Source: Patellaria atrata CBS 101060
Taxonomy: Eukaryota
NCBI GenBank assembly: GCA_010093705.1
Contig: MU006091.1
Location: 1,674,001 to 1,738,000 of the forward strand
Reading direction: 5' to 3'
DNA length: 64,000 bases
Positions 39,257 through 50,900 of the stretch are shown here, in pieces (the first letter of the stretch is position 1; each line of letters starts with the position of its first letter). The translations under genes were made by a program, and so were the position numbers. The notes below the pieces were generated by a model. The model was given only the letters and a program-made list of their open reading frames with translations. It had not been told where the DNA came from and did not search any database.

Positions 39257-39486
39257 CTGGTATCGTTGGATCAGCTTTAGCGTCACTCAAAGAAGATGGA
39301 ATACATACTCGTTGGCTTTTTAACGCCACCGATTTACAACTTGGAGTGGCGAAGAGAAGCATTTAGCACTTCCTTCTCTTCGGGCCTACTTACGTCCACG
39401 AGACGCTGACTGCGAAGAGCCGTCAGAGAACCCGGGCCAGGGGTTCCTGGGAGAGACTCCTCGCTCACTGCGAGGTTGCAAAACCG
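39257..39486 (-). promoter_or_regulatory. eRF1 3' readthrough extension plus two predicted 3'UTR introns (readthrough/NMD element)
   Basis: TGA-CGG, then 31 open codons; intron 39393-39340 (GTAAGT..GCTAAAT..AAG); then TTG TAA; second intron 39308-39257 (GTATGT..CTGAT..CAG). Confidence 0.7.
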
Positions 39487-40851
39487 TCAATCGTCGTAGA
39501 ACTCATCCTCGTCGTCGTAGTCAGCAAGCTGCTCAAAGTTGACTTTGTAGCGCAAAATGGCTCCAATTCCACCAAAACCTTTGACGAACTGGTTCCCTTC
39601 ACTTGAACGATCCGAGACAAACTCGAGTGTGGCACCGAAGTCACGATATTTTTCGGCAAGCCATTCCAAGAACGGTTGCTGCTCAACTACTTCCATCTCC
39701 TGGCCGGTCTCCTTGTCCATGAACATCGAACGGTCTTGTTCTTGGGCTTTATTGGTGTGGAGAATAATCTCAGAACTATCAGAAGACTTCAGAGTCCAAC
39801 GGATTGTTTCAAGATTCTCATAAACAATGAGAGTTTCGGCAGCACCAAGCTCCAAAGCCTTCAAGGTATCCTCAATTCCATAACAAACTTTGCCACTATC
39901 TTGGCTGATTTCGTCAAAGTACCTATTGATGAGCTTCTTCTCTTGGATGAATTTGACATTACTGAGCGTCTCGGCAGCAAGTTCAATAGCTTGGTTGAAG
40001 CCATTCTCCCCACCATAGGAGACGTCCACAACTTTGATCACCTTAGCCTGAAGACGCTGATCGAACATGTCGGATTGATTAAGATCATTCTTGAAATCGG
40101 CAGAACCGGCGAGGATCAGGCCAGCAACGTTAACTTTGTCATTGGTGATGAAGTTTTGTACTGCTAATTCGGCTACCTTGCGGACGTAGTTGTGACGTTT
40201 CTCTTCTCGAAGACGGGCGAAACGCAGGGCAGACTGGCCACCACGCCCGTGCTTCTTGGGTAGATCGACAGAAAACTTGTGGACAATGTCACGAGTATTG
40301 CCGCTCAACGTGCCGAACAGAGCGCCATTTCCATCCATGATGATGAAGCCGAACTTCTGGTCCGATTCTAAGAGCTCGCTCAGAGCCTCGGTGTGGAATT
40401 TGTTGTCACAGAGATAGAGCGAAGTGTTGATGGGCTTGAATGGCTCGAAATCGATGTTGATCTTTCTTTCTTTGCCTTCAGCAGTGATGATTTCGCCACA
40501 GTATACAACCAAGCCGTTGGGCGGGACCTTTGAGTAAAGTTTAAGGCGCTGTTGGGTGGAGGTAATGGCAGAGAGGACAGACAAGCGATTCACACGCGAC
40601 TTGATGTTGGAGGCAGTGCCCTAACAGATGAATTGTGAGTTTCAATCTCGCTCATCACAGTCTCAGGTTTCAAGACATACAAATTCTTCAGCCAACATCT
40701 TCGCAGCGCGGGACACCTGATCCTTGGGTGGAATGATGAGTGAGATCATGGAGGTGCCGTTGCCCCTGGCAGCCTCGAGACGCTTGATGAGTTTCTTCAC
40801 CTTCCATATCTCGATATTCTTCTCGGCATCGTTTGCTTGAGGAGCACTCAT
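39487..40851 (-). CDS. SUP45: Eukaryotic peptide chain release factor 1
   Basis: GTSMISL, TASNIKS across intron 40680-40621, YLCDNKF, GRGGQS. Ends [12 protein letters not shown]. Confidence 0.98.
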
Positions 40852-41989
40852 GATGGGCTAGTTACAGCAGGGAGAGCAGGCTGGGTGCTTGGGAGCAAAG
40901 GAGGGGTTGTTTCGGTCAAGTTTTTCTGCTCTGGGAAAAAGAAAGAAAACAGCGGCACAGAGCCCCAACCGCTGGGACAAGGCTTGTCTGAGCGGTGGCC
41001 GCTATTCGAGGGATCTGTCGAGGAAACAAAACTTTAGGTGTGAGAGGCAAAGTAGGAGTTATGAACTCTCCGTTGGCTGAGAGATGGAAGCGAGTGCGGC
41101 TGGGCTCTGAAATTTCCAGATGACTCGTTTTTGGTGTTGCTGAATTACGGCCTACCGCCCTGCCATTTAAAACCGGCAGAAAAGAGGGACCCAAACTCGC
41201 TAGCAGATTTGGGTGAGCAGGCGGCCTGATCTTTGGGCGATAAGCCGCAGAGTCTGCGCCCATATTTCCGCAGACCTGGGTGCTACCCCGCCCGTAAGCT
41301 CAGGCACCCAAACAGACGGAACTAAGGGCGGTGAATGGATTTCCGCCCTCCGCTCGTCTCAGTCTCACGTATCAAACATGGAAAATAGGCCAGTTCTAAC
41401 CGGGAACTTCAGCGAGGAGATATTCGTTAAAGTATTACGGTATCCTTTCAGTTAGCTTAGGTAACTATCAAACGGACCTTGAGTTTTGAGGTGGAATTAG
41501 TGATGGTGTGTAGGTAAATAAATGATGAGCCAAGAGGGCTTCCTATCACTCCTCACTCATGATCCCGTCATTATGCATCTTCGGCTCTTGAATCCATCAA
41601 AGACTACCTTACACATAACATGTTCTCGTGATACACCAACATGAAGAAAGGTAGACATACAGCATGTAATTCCATCTACTTCCATCCTGTGCGAAGAACT
41701 CGCCCCCGTCGGCCAAAATTTCCGTCTTTGCTTATGGACATCCTGGTTCCAAGAGCGATAAGTGTGGAGAAGTTCAACAGGAGAGAACTACCTACCTACT
41801 AGAGATAACTTTAGTTCCCGCAAGTCCTAGACTGCAATCCTTCATCACCTGTTCACTTTTCCTTTCTTCTTCTTCATTTCTCTTCATCTTGCACCTTCTC
41901 CATTTCTCTTGTTTTGATAGCAACATAAGAACTGAAGTGTCCTGCGTTGTGTGGAAGTCCATTTGCTCTCCGCATCTCCCACCCCCGCC

Positions 41990-44095
41990 ATGACTTCCCC
42001 AGCACGCCAAAACTCACAATCCACAATTGGGGACGGCGACGATCAAAGCGGATACTTGGAACCTGTAGACTCGAGGCAAAGCTACAATTCTCAGATATCC
42101 ACTCCTACCATTCGACCGAGCCCACACAATGGCTTAACTTCAGATTCGGACCTTCGCCGGAGGAGGTACGATACCTATACTTTACTTTTCTTTTTGTGTG
42201 AAATGCTTTCACTATGATACTGGGGCTGATTCGAAAATGTTGATTAGATCATCCATGGGATTGGCTTTAACTTCAATTCGACAAGCTGGAGGTGTCAACA
42301 GTATTGACAATTTTGCTCGCTCTTGGCAACGCGCCGCAGGTTTCCATGAGATAACCCCGATACGGCCCCCTTTTATGATTGCAGATGATGCCGAGACTTA
42401 CGATGAAGAGGATGGCGGTAGAGCCCAGGGTCCCAGTGCTCATCACCGTTCACTTCTGCGGGCCGCTTTGGAAGCTGAAGCAGCCCATCACTCAGATACC
42501 GTCATCGAAGAGAATGATGGTGAAAACCAACCATTACTCCCTTCCGGCGTTCAACAGAGACTAAACCAAGGAAAAATTGCACGGAGAGAGAGCATCTTCT
42601 CCATTGAACCGTCTCTTTCGTCTGTTTTTGGAGGCAGTTATGGGACCTCGTACGGAAGTCTAGCCACCCGTGTTAACGAGTCGTCGATGCGACATGCCGG
42701 TAAACTGTTCATACAGCAACAAGTCGAAGGTGTAACAGAGCCTGATAAAGAACGGGAGCCTCTCTTCGTCAGACAGGTGGAAGAAGACGGCAAAATCATC
42801 AATGTTGTTGTCGGCCAATCAACTCTGCCACAGACCATTTTCAACTCGGTAAACGTCCTGATTGGTGTTGGTCTTCTGAGTCTCCCACTTGCTCTCAAAT
42901 ATTCCGGTTGGGTCATCGGTATCCCCTTTCTCATCTTTTCCGCCATCGTCACCCAGTACACTGCAAAACTACTGGCTAAATGTTTGGATGTCGATAGCTC
43001 TCTTATTACCTTTGCTGACTTGGCCTACGTTTCTTTCGGTAGTCGAGCCCGCCTGGCTACGAGCATATTGTTCACCTTGGAGCTTCTAGCATCTTGTGTA
43101 GCTCTTGTTATTCTTTTCGCCGATTCATTGAATGCACTCATTCCCGGTTGGGATGTTCTTGGCTGGAAGATTGTCTGCGGATTCGTTTTGATACCCCTTG
43201 CGTTTCTTCCTTTGCGGTTACTGAGCTTTACCAGCGTTTTGGGTATTTTGTGTTCTTTTGGAAGTAAGTTCAGTCTCACCCTATCCTTTCCGGAATCCTC
43301 GCTGACCCCGTGCTCCAAGTTGTTCTAGCAGTAATAGTCGACGGCCTCGTCAAAGATGAGCAACCCGGTTCCCTTCTCCACCCAGCAAAAACCTACCTCT
43401 TCCCCGAACACTGGACTACGGTACCCCTAAGCTTCGGTTTACTTATGGCTCCCTGGGGCGGCCATAGCGTCTTCCCCAACATCTACCGGGACATGCGACA
43501 TCCTTACAAACACCACCGCGGCCTCAGGATAACCTACCTCTTCACCTTTACCCTCGACACTGCCACTGCCGTCGTCGGCCTCCTCATGTTCGGTTCCCAT
43601 GTTCGTGATGAGATCACCAGCAACATATTCATGACTCCAGGCTTCCCGGCTGCTATCTCCTACTTCATCGCCGTCTGCATTGCTATCATCCCACTTACGA
43701 AGGTGCCCCTGAATGCCCGCCCGATTATCTCAACCGTGGAGATCTACTTTGGGCTCGATGCGCGCGCGGTGGCGGGAAGTAGTGGGATGATCGGGGTGAA
43801 CGGGTTTAATCGGGGATTGCTGATAGTGCTCATCAGAGTTGTGACGGTGGTGATTATTACGTTTATTGCGATTGTGTTTCCGAGCTTTGATAGGATCATG
43901 ACACTCCTAGGTGCTGTAGCATGCTTTACGGTGTGCATTATCCTACCCGTTAGCTTTCATCTGAAATTATTTGGAAATGAGTTAGGGAAGGCAGAGAAGT
44001 GGGGGAATTGGGCTCTTATTGTAGTCAGTTCAGTTATGGCGGTTGTTAGTACGGTCTTTGCTTGTCTGCCTAAGGAGCTTCTTGGGGCGAGGTAA
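41990..44095 (+). CDS. AVT1: Vacuolar amino acid transporter (Aa_trans family, Avt1-like)
   Basis: GGVNSIDNFARSWQRAAGF, GQSTLPQTIFNSVNVLIGVGLLSLP, PWGGHSVFPNIYRDMRHP, PLTKVPLNARP. Introns at ~42166-42247 and ~43264-43319. Confidence 0.92.
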
Positions 44096-44353
44096 TGCTC
44101 TTTTGTTCCGAAGCATATGTACAGGCACTTGCTTGTCCAGGCGTCTTTGGTTGGAGCATTCGGGTTTTTCCTAGCATATTGGGGAGTTTTTTCAATGTTT
44201 CAGAGTTTCCAAGGAAGCCTCATATCTAGGTGCATCCGTCGCGTTTTCGAAATCAGGTAATAGTCACATTCGATAATTCTTCAATTTTACGAAACGATAG
44301 GGTAGTTCTAATCTGAAACCAATCAACCGGTCTAATTTCATCCTTAGAACCGC

Positions 44354-45192
44354 TCAAGGCCTAGCATCACCTTTCCAACTCTTGACATTTTTGAATATCC
44401 CCGCTTCCACCCTCTCCTGACTCTGCAGCACCCTCTTCGTCCACCCACTCATCGGCTCCAGAGGGACTACCTTCTTTCCCAACTTATTGCTCACATCAAA
44501 CTCGTGCAGTGCCAAGAAAGAAGGGGCCGGTGGTGATGTGTCGTCGGAAGCGCGAATCTGGTGGATGAGCTTGTAGCGGACGGTGCGGATGTAGCCTGGC
44601 TCGAGGGACATCTGCTCGTTGTGTTCGTCGCGGTACCAAGCGTCGAGGTCCTGTTCGGTGCCTGGCTGAGGGGCCATGGATGCGACCATTACCGTGGGGG
44701 AGAAAGCTGGGGAGCGGAGTTGTGAGTTGGGGGTGCAAGGAGCGGAACGGTGATGGTAGGAGGTAAGACGTAGAAAAGAGATGGTTGATAAAATCGTCAC
44801 TTCCTACCTTCGTCATGCGGCCCTTTCTCAAAGGTCTGGACCCACTCATAAATCCTCGTATCAATCTCTACCATATCATGTATATTACCCCCTCCCGGTA
44901 GAGTTCTATGTGTCATCGGGATGCTTCTGAACTTGTCGCCATGTATGCCGCTCAGGTCCTGTATCTTGTATAATGCTAGGTATGGCTTCTGCTCGTCCGT
45001 GTCGACGCATTCGAGTCGAGATGCGTGTGAGCATATACCGGTCGACACCATGTCCGGAATGTGGACTTCGTTGTACCATTTGTTAAATGCAGAGGTGCTG
45101 AGGAGAGACTTGGGCTTGAGGCGTGATTGGGACATTATAAGCCCGGGGCCGGAGAGAGCTGGGCCATTATACGTGGTGCGGGTTGGAGGCAT
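44354..45192 (-). CDS. Tandem EthD-like dimeric alpha-beta barrel protein
   Basis: Two repeats of FNKWYNEVHIPD / LDAWYRDEHNEQ with YLALY / FLALHEF. One intron near 44806-44750. Confidence 0.8.
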
Positions 45193-47350
45193 TTTTGCTG
45201 AAAAGTGAACAGAAGCTGGAAAAGGAAGAACTGAATTTGAAACGGACTGAATTGTATGCCACACTACTACTTAAGCTCAAGCAAAGACGATTCTGTTATT
45301 GAGTTAAAGAGAAGGTTGAAAGATATGGATTCCCCGCGTCTTGTGGGGAAATAGATCGGTTCTGGGGACTTCCATGGCTAGGACCTAAATAAGGTATTCG
45401 GGAATATAGTTGTATATTTACACTACCTATAGCTGTAGAAGATGAAGCTGGATATAGAGAGCCGTGGTGTAACAGGAGCGGAAGGATGCCGCCAAGCGAA
45501 AGACGGTGTTGGCTTGATGATGTTGGACTTCTTGTCGCTGGTTGAAAGTATTGTTTTACAACCTCTTTTCCTTTTTGTTTCTCTATGCTATATATTCTCT
45601 GATGACGGCGGATAACTCTTTGAGCGTCCCAGTTACAACCGTCATGGAGAAATCGATGCTGGTGGGTTTGGGCCGTGTTGGTGGAGAGTGTTGGAATGGA
45701 AATCTTTCTCCGCAGGTGCTTGGACGTTGTCCAGAGTAACCTTCAGCCGGATATGAGGTGCTGTAGCCTCATGATTCCATGAGAAATAATCCAAAATCTT
45801 CAAACGTTGACAGAATAATACAAACAGGACATTAACGCGGTGAAAGGCGAAAAACAGACCAATCTGAGGCCATGCGACGAAACCACCGGACGAGAACGCG
45901 GTGCCGTGGTGTAAGGTGGTATGAAAGACTCGTTTGTAAAGGAGAATGATTACGAATCAGAAGATTATCTCTCCCATGCGAATGAATATGGATAAGATGA
46001 TGATATGGGAAAAGAGATGGCGATATTTAGTGGGAAGAGGCGATGTCGCCACGAACTTCGCCTTGGTCGCCTCTCTCTCGCCATCCTCGCCATCTATCCT
46101 TGGCATACAGCAGGTCAAACTACAAGATAATATCACTATAGTCACCGCTATAACTTTGAAATCAAAGAGGGAGCCATCGAGTCGAATTTTCGATAGCTGA
46201 TTATGGATAAGACATTCCTCTTATGATGAAAGACCCAGCTTGTACAGCATAAAAAGAATTCCCCGGACGGACAATTAGGCACATCATCAGACGAGCACAC
46301 TCCCCCATTACCCCCACACAAGCACATCTCCAAGCTACAGTACATGTTAACTGTATCAATCTCCGGATTTGGTCATGTACTTCAACGTTCGCATATCGTC
46401 GAACGTCTAGCGGTTGTGTTGGATCTCTACGCACTTTCGTTGGTCGGTGATATATTGCGCTTCATTGCTGATCCCTGGCCTTTTCATCTCTCCAGAAGCT
46501 TAACTGTCGTGACTGTCCACCGCCAGTTCTTCACTACGGGAACATCCGCGATGCGTGGGGTCAATATGGGGGGGGCAGCTGTGGCAGGATTCATGACACA
46601 GTATGGGCATATTGCATCACATGCATCCCCAGAGCTTCGGTCGGGTTGCCGAGGTGGCGCGCCGATGGGGAGACCCGGGGAGGCAGGGGAAGGGAGAGGG
46701 GTGATTGGTAATGTTGATGAGGTAGGGTAATGTATTTCTTTAAGGCATTCTACCCTTACGAGTCTTGCTTTGTTGTGCTCCTGCTTCACTTTTAAAACTT
46801 CAGGTTGAAAGAGGGTTCTAGTACACAAATATGCCCAAGTTGCGTTAATCAACTCGAATACTGTCAGTATTCTTAGATATGCTCGATCAATATATGTAGA
46901 CCCATAGGGAGAAGCTTGAGAGGCACTTCTTAGCGCTCAGTGATTAGACAATTGTTGTCTCTAAAGTCCTGATTCAGAGAGCGCATAGAAAGAACGCACT
47001 TCTACTTCCCCTTTTCCGGACGTTTGATCCCCATTACCTCCTATACTCCTTCCCGCTTTTGCATCGATAGCCGCCAGTCATCCCTTCCATGTAGATATTA
47101 TAACGTTAGCACCGCGACAGATATGCGTATTTTCAACATTGAGCGGGAAAGGGACAATGCAAAAGTCTTTAGAAGGGGGGTTTTCTTACCCTTCCATTCT
47201 CTTGAAGCTCTATATTGTAAGAGAGAAATTGAGTGTACTTCTACCTTGGTTCGATGTAAAGGGCTGAAATCAGGCTACCTTTGTGTTAAATGGCCATCGC
47301 CACCGTCAAGTCCAATTCTGTAGAGATGCGGGAAATGAGGCTGTGGGAGC

Positions 47351-47379
47351 GGCAAGAGGCAAGAGGCAAGAGGCAAGAG
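47351..47379. repeat. (GGCAAGA)4 tandem repeat
   Basis: ggcaagaggcaagaggcaagaggcaagag. Confidence 0.85.
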
Positions 47380-47987
47380 TGATTGGTAAGAGAAGTGTTT
47401 TCCGTTGACATTGTCTGCTTGGCTGGATGCATTGTGGGTAGGGAGAGAGGTGGATATTGTACCCGACCCTACCCATCAAAAGCTAAACTGATAAATCGTC
47501 TATCCGATTGTAAGTACATTCATTCACTTTCTCTTGACCTCCCCGTTTATCAAGTCCCATTAGTGAAATATGTTTGTATTTTAATATGTTTTCTTTAACA
47601 TCATAGTCAAATAGGAAAAGATATATCATAAGTATGCAAATCCTAAGCACTAAGACGTCCCTCTACTTACATCTCTGTCCTTTCCCTTCCTCACTATCTG
47701 ATACCTGGAGATTCAGTTTGACTCGATTGCTTGAAAAATCCGGTGGGCATGCTCTGGGTTCATAAAGGGGACGTGGATAAGGAGACTTCGGAAGTGGAAA
47801 TGAAGATGATAGCATCAGGCCTTTGCGACAAATGGGAGAGATAATTTTTCACTAACGGGGATAGGACATACAAAACTACAGTTTTAACATCGGCAGACCT
47901 AACATTCAAACTCCACTTATGCATAACTAATATATCCTCGTCCTTCAAATCCTCGACCCTTCGCTACTCCTCATAGTCTCTATATCC

Positions 47988-50900
47988 TTACTTGAAAAAC
48001 CTACTCGAAAACTTACTCACTCTCTTCCCCGCGCTCCCCAATATATCATCAAACGTCTGCGGCCCCTGTCCGGTTGGAGCGGGCTGGCTCTGCGCACTTC
48101 CGGCTGGGGCACCTCCACCCTGTTGATTCACATTCCACGAGTTTGATGGGCTCGGACTTTGCGTGAATCCCGGCGCATATTGACTCTGTGATGGTCTGGG
48201 ACTTCCTCCCGGGGGTGTGCCGTACGGGGGATTCGGATACCCATGCGGTGGTTGCTTATACTGTTGTGATTGCCGCTGTGGTTGGGACTGGAGGGTGCTG
48301 GTCGATTGGTTGAGTGTGCTCGGATATGAACCATACCCGCTATCAACATAGGATCCAGCTCCTGAGCTGTGAGGTTGTGAAAATGGTGGGCTGACTTGGG
48401 TCATTGGCGCCCTTGGTGGATACCCAGCCCCTGGTGTTGGTCCTTCCATTGGCACCGATCCTATATAGGTTTCGGAATGATATCTTCGAGGGTCGGGAGG
48501 ATGTTGACTACCTATACTATTATTGGACAGGTGTGAAGTCAGCGGTGGACGGGCCCCTGGAGAGCCGTAGCTGGAGTCCCGTCCACTTGGACGATAACTA
48601 GTAGGAACAACACTTGAGCCGATTGAGATGGATGAATCGGTACCCCGGTTTGGCACTACTGCGGAAACAGGACTGTTTGAGGAGCCCAGTTCGTATACCG
48701 GGCCGCTGTTCTGGCGTTGGGGTGTCCCGATTGCTTTACGGCGGATACTGTTAGACGTTGATGCCATTGGCTGTGCCTGGGTTTGAGCGTAAACATTATG
48801 ATTATGAGGTTGAGCTTGCGATTTTGGAGGGGATTTCTTTGCGATGCTGAGACTTGGCGGGTAGGGAGAAGTCTCGGCTGGAAGCTGGTATGGTCTTTGA
48901 TCCTGACCATAGCCAACATTATATGGTTGATAAGAATCTCTCTGAGGCGGGCCGTTTGAATAGTGCGATGATGTTGCTTGTTGGTGTTGATACTGATCTT
49001 GAGGAGGCCGCTGGTGTGGTGAATAATTGAGCCCTTGGGGCGGATACTGGCCTTCTGATAGAGGAGCTAGATGTCCTCCCGTCGTCGTGAATTGAGAACC
49101 GTAGGCGCTTTGTCCAGGTAGCGGAGGATGAACCTGTGTACCTTGCGGCCGCCTTACCGATTTCCGGACTGATCGGAACCGTGATATGGTAGGATTCCGT
49201 TTCACCTTTGCCATAGCCTCATCGAGCAACTTTAGGATCTTTGCTTCATCGGTTGAATCTTCAGTGATCTGAAGGCTCACTACACTTGCGCCTTCATCGA
49301 CTGTGGCATTGTCACCCTCATCCTCATCTTCGTATTCTTCCTCGTCATCTTCCTCATCATCATCATCTTCGTCCCCATCGTCTTCAAATTCATCATCGCT
49401 ATTAGCTTCCTCTTCCTCATTGTGTTCGCGTTTCAGAGCGTCCAGAGCTGACCCAAGCACCGGATCTCGAGCTTGAACATTAGCCCCATTCTTCAACAAT
49501 GTTTCGACAACTGACGTTTGGTGATAATAAACGGCCTGGATAAGTGCTTCATCCAGCATCCTGTCAGAGGGGTTCTTATCCAGCAGGAGGGAGACAGTCT
49601 TCGAACATCCCTCGCGAGAAGCTGCGGTTAATGCATGCCCGTACAAACCACCAGTTACATGTATGTTCGCACCATGTTCTAGTAAGCTGGCGACAATTTC
49701 TACACGATCCATGTACGCCGCAGCTTGTAGAGCGGTGCCGTACTTCCCGGATACTTCGTTGACGTCCAAGTCTTTCTCGAGTAAATAGTCAACAAATTCT
49801 TTTGAAGCCTTCAGTGCCGCCGCTTGAAGGCAGTTACCATACTTCCCACCTGATCTCTTGAAGTCGACTTCGTATTCGTCAACGAACTTTTTGAATATCT
49901 CAAAATTATTGCCATAGGATGCAGCTTGAGCGACAGTTCCGAAGAGGCCCCCTTCTAGATGTGGATCTGCGTCGTGTAGGAGTAAGAGGTCCACACATTG
50001 GTCATTATCATACCGGCAAGCTGCTGCTTGTAAAGCTGTATGATACAGTCCTCCGACTTGGTCAACGTCGACGTCCCTCTCCAGGAGATCCTCAATAACG
50101 GCGTAATTGCCTGCATAGGATGCCGCTTGCAAGGCAGTACCATATTCCCCACCTACTTCATGGATGTTAGCATCGGCTGAAATAAGAGCGAAATAGCAAG
50201 CATAGTCTCCTGAAAGTGCAGCAGCCTGTAACGCATTGCCATATTTTCCACCGCTGAGATTGACATCAGCCTGATGAGCGAGCAGAACATTGACGCAATC
50301 AACATCAGTAGCGAAGGCTGCGGCTTGTAATGCGGTACTCCATGGGCCACATTGCTGATTTACATCTGCGCCGTGTTCCAGCAACTGTTTACACATGTCC
50401 TCCTCCCCCTCTGAAGCAGCAGCATGGAGAGCAGCACCGTACATTTCACTGATCGCGTGGATATTTGCTCCTCGCTGTAGTAGGTACTCCACGCCGTCTA
50501 TGTCTCCCGTGGATGCGGTAGCAATAAGAGCAGTATTTCCATCCTTATCGGTGCCCTCTATATCAGCGTCGTGATCCAACAGTAACTGGAGCGATTCTTT
50601 AGGAAGACCAAATCCAGTTAATACCAGTGGTGGTGAGTTACTTTCGCCCCCTTTTACGTTAGCGTTAGCGCCTTGTTTGAGCAGTACTTCCAGCGTCTCG
50701 TGATCCTGTTCGTCTGCAGCCGCAATAATCGGGTAGCCATACTCTCCTCCGCGAATGTTCGGGTCCGCTCCACGCATCAAAAGAAGTTTAACAACATCGG
50801 TATTTCCAGTGTAACTTGCAGCCTGCAGAGCGCTTCCATATTTTCCGTTTGGATCCTGGTTAACTTCAGCACCGTGGTCCAGAAGCATCGTCACGATCCC

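Noticed and set aside
46148..46852. Cys- and Pro-containing short ORFs on both strands
   Set aside because: No consistent exon chain or family motif could be built.
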